Shown: positions 45,688 through 55,256 of the stretch, piece by piece
How the letters are laid out: each line of letters opens with the position of its first letter
How positions within the stretch are numbered: the first letter of the stretch is position 1
Virus record (IMG/VR): IMGVR_UViG_3300037873_000022
Coordinates: 1 to 59,724 of that record
Source of the DNA: a virus
Taxonomy: Duplodnaviria; Caudoviricetes
Length of the DNA: 59,724 nt
Strand: one strand, 5' to 3'
The notes under the pieces: generated by a model
Told to the model about the DNA's origin: nothing
Databases searched by the model: none
Seen by the model: the letters and a program-made list of their open reading frames with translations, nothing else
Made by a program: the position numbers and the translations under genes

Positions 45688-45900
45688 TCATGGCCTGGCA
45701 CTCTTCCGCAGTGGAGCTAGTACCTGGTAGAGCTGTTCTCTGGTCGTGTCGTGAGCCCGGCGCTCCTCGGTGGCCGCTAGCCAGGCTTTCTCAGCTACGT
45801 ATCGGTAAGCGTTGATGCTGCTCCTGTGCAGCATACCGAAGACAGTAGCCAGCACGCTCAGCGTGCCGCCTTGAATCAGCCACACCCAGGACTCATTCAC
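45688..45900 (-). CDS. Small membrane protein
   Basis: N-terminal TM segment; coupled to the glycosyltransferase stop. Confidence 0.5.
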   Translation of the reverse strand: MNESWVWLIQGGTLSVLATVFGMLHRSSINAYRYVAEKAWLAATEERRAHDTTREQLYQVLAPLRKSARP

Positions 45901-46619
45901 TACCTCCACGCCCCTCGGGGAGCAGACCTGGGTCCCCTCCGGCGCAGGACCATCGGGTCCACCACGGTCGGACCGTCCCAAGCCAGCTCCAGGGCCGACT
46001 CCAGGTGGTGACGAACCGCGATCCGCTCCACCTGCCTATGCTTGGTCAAGGAGTCCCCGGGGCGGTGATCGACCAGGCTCGGCCAGGTGTACCAAGTGTC
46101 GATCTTCTGGCGCTGGAACCAGCGACCTACCCGCATGTCGTCCGGCATCCCACTCTTCCGGTCGCACCACGCGATCATCTCCGGAATCATCGCCACCGGA
46201 ACGGCCAGGCACACGCCCCACATGAGCACGTACGAGCAGATCCAGGAGGCCCCCTGATCGTCGGCCTGGTCCGCCATCTTGCCCCAGCGCCTCGGTACGT
46301 TGCGGCCCTGCCCGAGGTAGGGGGAGACCAGTGCGTAGTCGGGGACGTGCTCCAGGGCTTTCTCCAGCGCCGGCAGCATGTCCGGGGAGGGGATCGCGTC
46401 GTCCTGGACCAGGACGTGGAAGTCCGCTCCCGGGTCGTGCATCGACCAGGCTTCCCGGGCCACCGACCACACCCGGTCGCCCTTGCCCGAGGGGGCGCCA
46501 TGCGGGTCGAAGTGGACCGGGACCTGCCGGCCGCCCCAGCCGGCGGCCAGGCCGGCGGCCAGCTCGGCCACCATCCTGGCCCGGTCCGGATGCGCCATGA
46601 TGCTGGCGGAGATCTTCAC
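45900..46619 (-). CDS. Glycosyltransferase (GT-A, actinophage type)
   Basis: IMAHPDR, VLVQDDAI, MWGVCL, YTWPSLVDH; GTG 46619 coupled. Confidence 0.75.
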   Translation of the reverse strand: MKISASIMAHPDRARMVAELAAGLAAGWGGRQVPVHFDPHGAPSGKGDRVWSVAREAWSMHDPGADFHVLVQDDAIPSPDMLPALEKALEHVPDYALVSPYLGQGRNVPRRWGKMADQADDQGASWICSYVLMWGVCLAVPVAMIPEMIAWCDRKSGMPDDMRVGRWFQRQKIDTWYTWPSLVDHRPGDSLTKHRQVERIAVRHHLESALELAWDGPTVVDPMVLRRRGPRSAPRGAWR

Positions 46620-47257
46620 CGGTACCCGTACCTCTCCGCCATGTCGGCCACGCGCCGGCAGATCTCCGGCCGGACCAGGGTGGTCAGCTCGGCCCAAGTC
46701 AGCTCGGGGTGACTGGACGTGTCCAGGGGAGGGGGGAGCGGCCCCACCAGCGCGGCATCCGGCTGGACCATCCGGGCCACGCTGGTCACGTCCTCCGGGG
46801 TCACCCCGCCCAGCCAGAGCATCCGGTCCGCGTAGGGCTCGACCAACCGGTTCCATTCCACCCAGTAGAGCGCGGCCCGCTCCAGGTGGGTCTGGCCTTC
46901 CGCGATCACCGGGCACCGGCCGATCACCCACTCCTTCAGCCGAGCCGCTTCCGGGGTAGGCGGGTGGTCAGCGAGCACGCCGCGCGCCAACCGACTGGCG
47001 ATGTTAGGCAAGGGGTGGCGGACCAGGTGGATCACCTGGGCGCCGGGAACCGGCAGGTACGCGGCAGCCGGGGCCGAGACCTCGGCTTGCCAGGGCCGAC
47101 CCGTCCCATCTCGGTCCTTCGTGAAGGCGTACTCGTGGGTAGCTGGCAGCCCGGCGCGTCGAAGACACTCCGCAACCCAGTGGGTCCCGGACCGGCCGGC
47201 ACCGGTCACGATCAACCGTGGCTGACCGTCCACCCCCGGGCCGGTAGCCGGTCTCAC
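46616..47257 (-). CDS. Sulfotransferase-family protein
   Basis: 5'-PSB-like IVTGAGRSGT and 3'-PB-like IHLVRHP...IAS motifs. Confidence 0.7.
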   Translation of the reverse strand: MRPATGPGVDGQPRLIVTGAGRSGTHWVAECLRRAGLPATHEYAFTKDRDGTGRPWQAEVSAPAAAYLPVPGAQVIHLVRHPLPNIASRLARGVLADHPPTPEAARLKEWVIGRCPVIAEGQTHLERAALYWVEWNRLVEPYADRMLWLGGVTPEDVTSVARMVQPDAALVGPLPPPLDTSSHPELTWAELTTLVRPEICRRVADMAERYGYR

Positions 47258-49263
47258 CTCCCCGCTCGCAGCGCGGCCAGCGCCGCGTCCCGGGTCTTCC
47301 GGTCCCGCCCGAGTGTGATCCTCCGAGCTTGGGCCAGCTCGCGGAGCTGGGCCACGTTCAGCTCGCCCAGCGTGGTCTGAACGGTCACGCTCGCGATCTC
47401 ACCGGGCAGCACGGTCTCATGCGCCACCGCGATGTTGGGGTCCGCGTCCACGCCGGGCTTGCCCGCGATCTCGGGCGGAACCTCCGCCATCGGGACGGTC
47501 TCCGCCTTGCCCGCGGCCACCGTGTCCGCCTTGCCGGCGGGCTGTTGGCCAGCCTGCCACGCCTCCTCGGTGCCCGGGGGGAGCGGGTATGCAACTCCCC
47601 CGCGCCTGACCAGACCCTCCGCCTGGTCGCCCTCGGCCTCGACCGCTTCCCCGGGCTCGCCCGTGCCCGGGTGCTCGCGCTCGGTGGAGTCCCCCTCGAT
47701 CGCGTCAGGGAGCGGGAAACCCGGTCCCCCCCGGTCGATGGTCAGGTCTTCCTCCTTGATCGCGTCCACCAGCTCCTGGCGGGCTTCCTCGGCCCGGTTC
47801 TCGGCCGGCACGCGCTCCAGCTCGCGGTGAACCAGGACCGGGTGGCCCGAGCCCAGCCGGGTCACGGCCAGCCGATCGTGGAAGACCAGCACTGGCTCCA
47901 GTAGGCCTTCGGTCACCATGTCGTCCACGGCCCGGACCACCTCCGGGTGAGTGCTCTCCACGTAGTCATCGAACGCGATCTCGGCATCCCGAGCGAGGTG
48001 GGGCGCCCAGGCTGCCAGGTCTTCCCGAACCGCGTCGTACCGGTGGTCTCCGTCCACGAACAGCATCCCCACCGGGGGGCCGGACCAGGCCCTACCCTGC
48101 TCGGCCGAGAACCCCTGGACCAGCCGGACCGAGTTCGAGAACCCCTGGGCCTTGACGTTGTAGCGCGCCCAGGCCCGGGTGCCCGGGTCGGTGAACGCCT
48201 TGCGATGCTTGCCCAGCGCTCCAGCGGGGTTCTGGGTGTACGGGCCGCGCTCGCCCGGCAGGTCCCAAGGGTCGATGCCCCAGATCCGCGCTCCGCGGCC
48301 CTGGCGGGCTCCCCAGGCGATGTACAGCAGCGTCCGGCCCTGGTAGACCCCCAGCTCCACGATCGCCCGGTCAGCGGGCACCTGGGCGGCCAGGTCGGCG
48401 AGCGTGATAGCCACCGGCTCGGGGGTGAGGCCGGCGGTCTTCCGGATGCGGTTGGGTACGGGCATGGCTCGCTTCCTTCTCGTTGCTGGCGGGTCCGGTC
48501 GGACGGCTGGTTGGGTGGTGACCTCGCCCCCCGGGCCGGCGCCCATCTTGATCCGGTGTCTCGATCCCGGGCGAGCGGGGGTGGAATGGGTACCGCCACT
48601 CGTTTGGCTCGCCCGGGAGGTCTGTTCTGTCGTTTTCCTGTGCCAATGATGCAAGGTGTACGCCCCTGGGAAGTTCTCCCCGCGCCGGCCCAGCTCGCTC
48701 CAATGCATGGGGTAGATCAACTCCGGGGGGAGGACGGTCACCTCGGGGTGTGCGGCGGCCACCTCGGTCAGGTAGTGGGGGCCGGTGGCGACGTTGCTGG
48801 GCTTCCCCCGCTTGGCCCGGACCCGGGCGGGCAGCCCGTCCACCATGGCGGAGATGAACGCGCTCTGGTCAGGGGTAGCCAGGAAGGCATTGTTGACGTA
48901 GGTCCGGTCTTCCCGGGCGGCCAGCGACCCGCCCGCCTCGTCCAGCGGTTCGATCAGCGGGTCTATCGCGTGCAGCGGTTCCAGGTCCGCGTCCACCCAC
49001 AGACCTCCCAGCCGCTGGAGGATCAGGTACCGGGCAATGTTCGTCTTCCACCCCCACTCCGCGGACCGGGGGGACCAGTGCATTCGTTCGAAGTACAGCC
49101 CACTCACCGGGTGGTGCTCGAAGTTGAGCCGGAACGTCTCTTCGTTCCAGATCATGAGTCGCCACTCCGGATGGAGGTCTACCCAGCGGTTCCGGTACCG
49201 GGCGTAGTCGTCCGGCAGCGGAGGACCGTCCCACCACCAGTGGATCAGCCGGGGGATCGTCAT
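47254..49263 (-). CDS. GT32-like glycosyltransferase fused to a class I SAM methyltransferase, with C-terminal helical DNA-binding-like tag
   Basis: IPRLIH, RYLIL...GGLWVDADLE, TGP; VELGVYQGRT, GIDPW, LFVDGDHRY; start ATG 49263 after TATGAT. Confidence 0.82.
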   Translation of the reverse strand: MTIPRLIHWWWDGPPLPDDYARYRNRWVDLHPEWRLMIWNEETFRLNFEHHPVSGLYFERMHWSPRSAEWGWKTNIARYLILQRLGGLWVDADLEPLHAIDPLIEPLDEAGGSLAAREDRTYVNNAFLATPDQSAFISAMVDGLPARVRAKRGKPSNVATGPHYLTEVAAAHPEVTVLPPELIYPMHWSELGRRGENFPGAYTLHHWHRKTTEQTSRASQTSGGTHSTPARPGSRHRIKMGAGPGGEVTTQPAVRPDPPATRRKRAMPVPNRIRKTAGLTPEPVAITLADLAAQVPADRAIVELGVYQGRTLLYIAWGARQGRGARIWGIDPWDLPGERGPYTQNPAGALGKHRKAFTDPGTRAWARYNVKAQGFSNSVRLVQGFSAEQGRAWSGPPVGMLFVDGDHRYDAVREDLAAWAPHLARDAEIAFDDYVESTHPEVVRAVDDMVTEGLLEPVLVFHDRLAVTRLGSGHPVLVHRELERVPAENRAEEARQELVDAIKEEDLTIDRGGPGFPLPDAIEGDSTEREHPGTGEPGEAVEAEGDQAEGLVRRGGVAYPLPPGTEEAWQAGQQPAGKADTVAAGKAETVPMAEVPPEIAGKPGVDADPNIAVAHETVLPGEIASVTVQTTLGELNVAQLRELAQARRITLGRDRKTRDAALAALRAGR

Positions 49264-49264
49264 G

Positions 49265-49292
49265 TGCCCCATCATACGGGGACAGGGTGGCA
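49265..49292. promoter_or_regulatory. TGYC-N20-GRCA palindrome at the transferase operon promoter
   Basis: TGCC(49265-49268)-N20-GGCA(49289-49292); right half AGGGTGGCA. Confidence 0.55.
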
Positions 49293-49315
49293 TTCCGGGT
49301 GGCTCCCCCGGAGCT

Positions 49316-49494
49316 GGGGGACCGGGGGGACCCGTAGGGACCCCCGCTGGCGTGTTTCCCGGAAACCAACTCTTACCCGAGCCGGACACCGGGTGATGTC
49401 ACTCTGGGTGGACCTCCCCATTACCCCCACCTATAGGTGTGTTCTTCACCCGTATTAGGTAGAGGGGGTCCCCCAGGTCCCCCCGGGTCCCCCC
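49316..49494. repeat. About 180-bp dispersed repeat, copy 2 (intergenic)
   Basis: Direct repeat of 29317-29498. Confidence 0.9.
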
Positions 49495-49574
49495 ACGGCA
49501 GAAGCTGAGCACTTGACGTTAAGACGTCAACGGCCCCCGCCCAGCTCGGGCAGGGGCCGTCACGGGTAGTTGAT

Positions 49575-50267
49575 CTACAGCGCGATCACCGCGAGCGTAC
49601 GAGCGCTGAAGACAGCATCCGCGGCTACCGAGAAGTTCCGGTACTTCATCGTGAACGTGTGCTCCCCGGGGTTCAGGCCCAGCAGTGGCACGATGTTGGC
49701 GAACCGGTCGGTAGCGCCGTGAGCCTGGCCACCGCTATCCACGTTGGTGAACGCCTTTGCGGCGCTGGTCGTGGTGGAAGCCGGGATCGAGGTGGCGCCG
49801 GACACCTGGATGCCCGCGTAACCGCCGATAGCGTCGATGCCGGTGTTCACGATGCCCTCGATCCGGACCCCGACGAACGCCAGCGCCACGCCGGAGATGA
49901 TCTCGCACGTCACCGATGGTCCGAAGCTGGGCAGGTCCCCGAAGGTGATATCGGCGGACAGGATCTCGGAGGTGACAACGGTGTCCACAAAGATCCTCGA
50001 TGCCAGGATCGACACAGCGAACGGCCCCAGCACATCGTCCCGGATGAAGACCTCCCCGGGGTCGCCACCGGCCCGGAACATGTCGTCCCCCGCGATGTCT
50101 TGCACCCGGATCTGGCCGCCCCGGATGCGCAGCCCTCCCGCCCCGATCGAGGACGACTCCAAGCTCCGGGCGGTGCCCATCTGGGCGACAGCTTGCTCCA
50201 GCCGGCGCAGCCGACGCATGACGTCACCCTGGCTGAATCCTTCTGGGCCGAACTTGCTCTCGCTCAC
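49575..50267 (-). CDS. Minor tail protein
   Basis: GTG 50267 coupled; short coiled coil then beta-rich domain; terminator hairpin at about 49530-49561. Confidence 0.7.
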   Translation of the reverse strand: MSESKFGPEGFSQGDVMRRLRRLEQAVAQMGTARSLESSSIGAGGLRIRGGQIRVQDIAGDDMFRAGGDPGEVFIRDDVLGPFAVSILASRIFVDTVVTSEILSADITFGDLPSFGPSVTCEIISGVALAFVGVRIEGIVNTGIDAIGGYAGIQVSGATSIPASTTTSAAKAFTNVDSGGQAHGATDRFANIVPLLGLNPGEHTFTMKYRNFSVAADAVFSARTLAVIAL

Positions 50268-52693
50268 AGATCCTCCCTTAGTATCGGGACGATGACCTGC
50301 CGTTGCATGTCCAGCTTGAAACCGATCACCCGCCCCTGACCCTGAACCCCGCTCGGGTGCCGGTGCCCGAACAGGTTCCACGCGATGTCATCCCCTAGCT
50401 GCCAGTCCACCCCGTACCGCGGGTAAGCATCCCAGCGTGCCTCCAGAGTGAACGTGCGGGTGCCCATCCGGCGCCGGCCCAGCTCCGCAGTGGCATGGGA
50501 GTTGAGGACCGAGGCAGTGATGATGTTGGACGAAGGCTGGAAGTGACGCTCATAGATCGGGTAGCCCGCGGCCAGAACCTCGCTAGCGATGGCTGGAGAT
50601 GACTCGGCTTGGTCCTCCCCCTGCCCGGAGCTGTAGGCCACCACGTAGTTAGCCCCGTGCCCATCGGTATAGTTGATCTTGTATCGGTACCTGGCTTCGG
50701 ACCCGTCGCGAGAGCCGAACACCGAGTTGGCCGTGGCCTGGAAGACCGCCCCGGGGGAGGGGGATGCCACCCCGATCCGCTTGCGGACTCGGAAGATCTT
50801 GGCGATAGCGGTCTTCGTGGCATCGGTCCAGTCCAGATCGATGGTCCACTCGGGGCCGTCTATCACCCCCATCAGCTCCTGGAGCGCATCGAACACGGTC
50901 TTACGGTCGGTGAGCAGGTACTCCCGGGTGCGCAGTGTGCCGGTCAGTGGTGCGTCGATCTCCAGCCCGATCCCGGAACCCACGCCCGCGATGTCCCCGG
51001 CGTCACCCACCAGAGTGGCCGCGATCACTGCCTCGTCTACCTGGTTGAACTGGTGGTCCCGGACGATCCGGCGCTCCAGGTACGCCTCCAGGGAAGCCAC
51101 CGGCAGGCTCATGACCGCCTCGGTCCCCCCGTCCGACACCCCCACGATCCCGGCCCAGGTCGGGATGTCGTTGACGATGGCCGCGATCATCGCCCGGCCT
51201 GGCTCGGTGGCCTGCTCGACCAGCCCGATCGGGAGGGCGGCCGGCCCGGACAGCGGGATAGGCAGGTTCAGGCCCGAGGTGGTGATATCCCCCAGCACCC
51301 GGGAGACCTCGCCAGTGATGTCCGGCAGCTCGGCGATGATCCGACCGTCCGACAGCCGGCACCCCAGCCAGGTCACCCGGGTCCGGATCTGAGCTACAGC
51401 CACCGGGGGAGGGCCCGGGTCCGGCCCCGGCCCAGGGCCTGGCTCTGACCCGACCGTGAACGTGTGCGAGCGCCATACGCTGGTGCCCGACCACCCCGTT
51501 CCGGTGACCGTTACCTGCCCACCTTCATCAGTGATGTCCAAGGTGCCGTACTGGTTTCGGCCAGGCTGCGACGGACCGGTGTCGTACTGGTTCACCACAC
51601 TGGCGGTAGGGGTGGAATCCAGGCTGGCGAACTGGAACACCGGGAACCCGCCGGGGCTGTTGCCACCCGTGTCTATGGCCAGCGAGTGGATGTCGCCGGA
51701 GATGATGCACATCTTCTCGGCCCATCCTGTAGAGCCGAACATCTCTACCAGCTCGGCCTGTTCAAACTGGAAGCTGGCCCAGGTGTCGGAACTGGTCCCC
51801 ATCCACTGGGACGGCATGACCCACACCAACAGGCTGGCGTTAGAGCTCAACAGGAGGTCCGACATCCATAGCTTCTGGTCGGCGCCCAGCATGGTCTTGC
51901 TAGGGCTGTCAGTGTCGCTGTTGGGAGAGCGGTAGCTCCGGGTGTCAGACACCATGAACAACACTCGTCCAATCTGGAACGAGTGGTATATGGCCTGGCT
52001 CTCCGCGAGAGAGTAGTGGGGGACACGCTCCCGGTACGCCTGTTGCGCGTTCGCCTTTCCTACATGGGTTCCGTCAGAGTTGTCCGGGCCGTAGTCATGG
52101 TCATCCCATACGTAATCGATGGGGATCTTTCTATATAGCCCGTGCTGGTTCGGCTGGTCCAGGACATCACGGTACGACTCCCGGTAGTTGGACAGGCTGG
52201 CGCCCCCGGCTATCCCGTGGCTGCCACTGCCCAAGTCGTAGTAGTGCATGTCTCCCATGTGGATGAACGCAAGGGGTCGGGGCTCTATGTCCCCGATGGT
52301 GCTGAAGACTCCATGATTGGATATCCGGTTGCTGGCAAGCACGGTGCCCACTCCGGGCACTTCGGGAGCCGATCCCGCGCAGGAGGCGGCAGCTATCCGA
52401 AACGACGCTGGCTGGCCCATCACCGGGTGACTGTGGACCTGCCCGGTAAAGCTGGCGTCCAGGACGCCATCGTGCTCAACAGCCCAGTAGTACCCGGTGT
52501 CTGGCGTCATCCCCCCTACGCTCACACGAGCCACGTTCTGAGCGTCAGGTGCAACTAGGTCCCCAAACGACGGAGCAGGGAAGCTCGGATCGGTGTCTAT
52601 CGCCAGCCGGGCGTTAGCACTGGAGGACACCTCTGTCACGACGTGAAGTAAGCTGGGTGTGACAGACCCGGCCCAGGCCGATATGACAGTCAA
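50264..52693 (-). CDS. Tail hub/minor tail protein fused to an N-terminal PhoD-like phosphatase domain
   Basis: FRIAAASC, HMGDMHYYD, VWDDHDY, DTRSYR, MLGADQK.W, ISGDIH; C-terminal half has IIAELP, WAGIV and WQLGDDI tail motifs. Confidence 0.82.
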   Translation of the reverse strand: MTVISAWAGSVTPSLLHVVTEVSSSANARLAIDTDPSFPAPSFGDLVAPDAQNVARVSVGGMTPDTGYYWAVEHDGVLDASFTGQVHSHPVMGQPASFRIAAASCAGSAPEVPGVGTVLASNRISNHGVFSTIGDIEPRPLAFIHMGDMHYYDLGSGSHGIAGGASLSNYRESYRDVLDQPNQHGLYRKIPIDYVWDDHDYGPDNSDGTHVGKANAQQAYRERVPHYSLAESQAIYHSFQIGRVLFMVSDTRSYRSPNSDTDSPSKTMLGADQKLWMSDLLLSSNASLLVWVMPSQWMGTSSDTWASFQFEQAELVEMFGSTGWAEKMCIISGDIHSLAIDTGGNSPGGFPVFQFASLDSTPTASVVNQYDTGPSQPGRNQYGTLDITDEGGQVTVTGTGWSGTSVWRSHTFTVGSEPGPGPGPDPGPPPVAVAQIRTRVTWLGCRLSDGRIIAELPDITGEVSRVLGDITTSGLNLPIPLSGPAALPIGLVEQATEPGRAMIAAIVNDIPTWAGIVGVSDGGTEAVMSLPVASLEAYLERRIVRDHQFNQVDEAVIAATLVGDAGDIAGVGSGIGLEIDAPLTGTLRTREYLLTDRKTVFDALQELMGVIDGPEWTIDLDWTDATKTAIAKIFRVRKRIGVASPSPGAVFQATANSVFGSRDGSEARYRYKINYTDGHGANYVVAYSSGQGEDQAESSPAIASEVLAAGYPIYERHFQPSSNIITASVLNSHATAELGRRRMGTRTFTLEARWDAYPRYGVDWQLGDDIAWNLFGHRHPSGVQGQGRVIGFKLDMQRQVIVPILREDL

Positions 52694-52935
52694 CGTAGAG
52701 CCTCGCGAAGATCTGCCAGAGATACCCCGGCTGTCTCAGCCAGCTTCGATCGGGTCTCCTTCTTACGACGGTTCAGTTCCACGTGGCTGCGAACCAGATC
52801 GGTCCAGTCGTCAGCGTCCACCGGTTGGTGCCCCTCCTGAAAGTCCAGGACGTGAGTCTCCAGATCTCCCCGATCCGCAGCCTTAACCCCGCAAGTGCAA
52901 CGGTGCGCGCCCTCTGGGACAGTGCTCGTAATCAT
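52690..52935 (-). CDS. Small hypothetical protein
   Basis: TGATG coupling at 52935. Confidence 0.55.
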   Translation of the reverse strand: MITSTVPEGAHRCTCGVKAADRGDLETHVLDFQEGHQPVDADDWTDLVRSHVELNRRKKETRSKLAETAGVSLADLREALR

Positions 52936-54338
52936 CAGCCTCTCACTCCGATCAAGGTCACCCGCACGTCTCCGCCCCACAGTTGTCCCGCGGGCCATAG
53001 CTGAATGCTGGTGATAGCCACGGTGCTATTCCAGTATCCTCCGCCTACCCCATACGACGTGTCGGTAGAGCTGCCGTCTACCCCCCGCGCCACACTCTCC
53101 CCGTGGGCAGATTTCGTGGGCACGATTCCTTGGTTGCTGTACCAGGGAATGAAGATCTTACCGCTACCGCCGTTCTGAGATCCGGTGAACCCGACTCGGA
53201 CGGAAGTTGTGTTAGCGCTGGCGTTGTGCGCCCACGCGGTACCATCAGTGCGTGCCTGCTCAGAGAAGTAGTTGGTACCGCCATCCCCATTGAACCTCAT
53301 GCTGAGAGTCGCGGCAGCGTTAGACGCGTCGTTGCGTCCTCGCCAGAACAGGATCAGGTGGGCAAAATCCTGATTGATCCCGCTAAATACGGTGGTGACG
53401 CTGGTTCCGGCTCCACCGTCAAACTCGGCGATGGTGACCATAGACCTACTGTGGATGAATGAGGACGCGACACTGTTCCAGGCAGAGCCGTTCCACCGTC
53501 GAAGTTCGTCAGTATCTGCCTGGTCCGCGTACATCCCCTCATACCGGCCAGCAGAGGGCAGGGTGGTGGAGGTCAGTACGGGTAGGATGCCGCCAGATGA
53601 CACGGTGAACTGGGCTTGTGACTGGACACTGGGGGCGGGTGAACCGCCGGACGGGACCAGGATAGTTCCCAGCCGGGAGGAGTTGGCGGTGACCGCTGGT
53701 GTACCTGCTCCCGGAGTCCCCACCACGTACTCGACGCGTGAACGCCGGAACCCGCTGGCGTCTTCGTCGTCATCCTCAATCACCAAGTCCAGCGCATCTA
53801 CCCGGTCGTTGGTTCCGTCTGCCGGGTCGAGCGCGTCTGTCTCCTGGAGTTGGTGGTACCGGTAGGGTCCGCTGGTGGAGGTCAGTCCGGGGTATACGAC
53901 CCCGGAGTGGTTGTTGACTGTCCAGTTGGTCCCCGCTACAGAGATGACCACGCCACTGCCTGGCCGGACTCCTTGGCGGGCGCCCAGCCCGTCCCCCGAG
54001 CCGTGGAACAAGGTCACAGCATCGTTGCGGCGCAACGCCACGGCGTTGTAGCTCGGGACTGCCACGTAGACCTCAGCGGTCCCGTTAGAGGCGAACTCCT
54101 TGAGCTGGCTACCCCGGGTGCCGGATAGCTGGAAGTTGTTCCCAGCCACGTTGCGGACGAAGTAGACCGCGCCCGAGATGAGGGGGCCAACTGCCCCGCC
54201 AGTGAGCGTATCGACCATCACGATATCGCCATCTATGAGCCCATGCCCGACCACCGTGAGCGTGTTAGTGCCCGAGGTCACCGTGGCCGAACCCACCGAA
54301 TCCTGAGCACCGACGTTGATCCACGCGGGCCTACTCAT
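52935..54338 (-). CDS. Minor tail/fibre protein (candidate receptor-binding protein)
   Basis: Gly/Ser/Thr-rich; NDRVDAL, RRWNGSAW, AITSIQL; tail-module position. Confidence 0.75.
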   Translation of the reverse strand: MSRPAWINVGAQDSVGSATVTSGTNTLTVVGHGLIDGDIVMVDTLTGGAVGPLISGAVYFVRNVAGNNFQLSGTRGSQLKEFASNGTAEVYVAVPSYNAVALRRNDAVTLFHGSGDGLGARQGVRPGSGVVISVAGTNWTVNNHSGVVYPGLTSTSGPYRYHQLQETDALDPADGTNDRVDALDLVIEDDDEDASGFRRSRVEYVVGTPGAGTPAVTANSSRLGTILVPSGGSPAPSVQSQAQFTVSSGGILPVLTSTTLPSAGRYEGMYADQADTDELRRWNGSAWNSVASSFIHSRSMVTIAEFDGGAGTSVTTVFSGINQDFAHLILFWRGRNDASNAAATLSMRFNGDGGTNYFSEQARTDGTAWAHNASANTTSVRVGFTGSQNGGSGKIFIPWYSNQGIVPTKSAHGESVARGVDGSSTDTSYGVGGGYWNSTVAITSIQLWPAGQLWGGDVRVTLIGVRG

Positions 54339-54341
54339 GAT

Positions 54342-55256
54342 CTACCACCATGCCGATCTGTACGTGACAGTTAAGAGAGCGTCCTCATTGAACTCTTCAG
54401 CTACGAAGCGCAGCGTGGTCGTTCCAGGAAGCAACGGGAACGGGTCGATGTCCCAGATCACTTGGCCGCGCGCTGAAGACCCGGGCAGCCCGTTACGTAG
54501 CACCGTCCCGGACGCCGTGCTGATCTCCACCCACTGGCCAGCCGGGATGGTCAGGTCAAAGAAGTCGATCTCTTGGACACTGCCGTCCGGGCGCTGAAGG
54601 ATGATCCGGGGGTTGACTACCGGCCCGTCTATCCGGAAGAACAGGGGGGCGGGGGCGGTGCCTATGTTCACCAGCTCCAGCACTCCGCCGACCAGGAAGC
54701 CTTCCACCACGAACGGGACAGTGAACGGGACAGTGAGCCCGCCCTCCTGTTGAGACAAGCCGATCGAGTCAGTGATGGCGGGGGTGGAATACTTCCGGGG
54801 GTCGAGTGCGACGAACACTAGCTGAGTGTTGGTACGCGCGATCCGCCATAGGTTGGTAGTGTCTGGCTCGACCACCCGGGGCCGGCCGAACATCACGTAG
54901 TCGCGCGAGCCCAACGTGAAGGTCAGCTCGGACTCACCGATCAGGTCCCCGATCGGTGCCCAGGCAGCCGACAGGGCTTGCTGGAGGGCCGCCCAGGCGT
55001 CCTCAGCCTCGGGGGTGACCAGACAGTCCGGGTCTCCCCGATCGGCCCGCACGGTGAGAACCAGGGGGACCACGACCTCCTCGGCCCACTCCGCCCCGGA
55101 CCACGCGCCATGGTTCCAGGCCCGAGGCTGGCTGCTCGCGCGAGCGCGGAGCCGGAACGGGTTGAACTCGACTACCGCGTACGGTGTGCCCGGACCGAAC
55201 TGGAGACCGTCCAGGCTCACGGCCGGTTCATTCAGGTACTGGGTGGCAGTGCTCAC
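54342..55256 (-). CDS. Distal tail (Dit-like) protein
   Basis: Follows tape measure; FVALDPRKYS, NIGTAPAP..FRIDGPVVNP, YRSAWW. Confidence 0.8.
   Translation of the reverse strand: MSTATQYLNEPAVSLDGLQFGPGTPYAVVEFNPFRLRARASSQPRAWNHGAWSGAEWAEEVVVPLVLTVRADRGDPDCLVTPEAEDAWAALQQALSAAWAPIGDLIGESELTFTLGSRDYVMFGRPRVVEPDTTNLWRIARTNTQLVFVALDPRKYSTPAITDSIGLSQQEGGLTVPFTVPFVVEGFLVGGVLELVNIGTAPAPLFFRIDGPVVNPRIILQRPDGSVQEIDFFDLTIPAGQWVEISTASGTVLRNGLPGSSARGQVIWDIDPFPLLPGTTTLRFVAEEFNEDALLTVTYRSAWW

Noticed and set aside
49264-49389. N-terminal extension of the glycosyltransferase ORF (likewise capsid 7509-7691, helicase 36296-36490, exonuclease 39215-39586, lysin 21566-21811)
   Set aside because: These extensions run through promoters, repeats or other genes; downstream starts have better RBS or translational coupling.
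29317-49494. Repeat pair as a diversity-generating retroelement TR/VR
   Set aside because: No reverse transcriptase is present; the differences include indels and are not adenine-specific.
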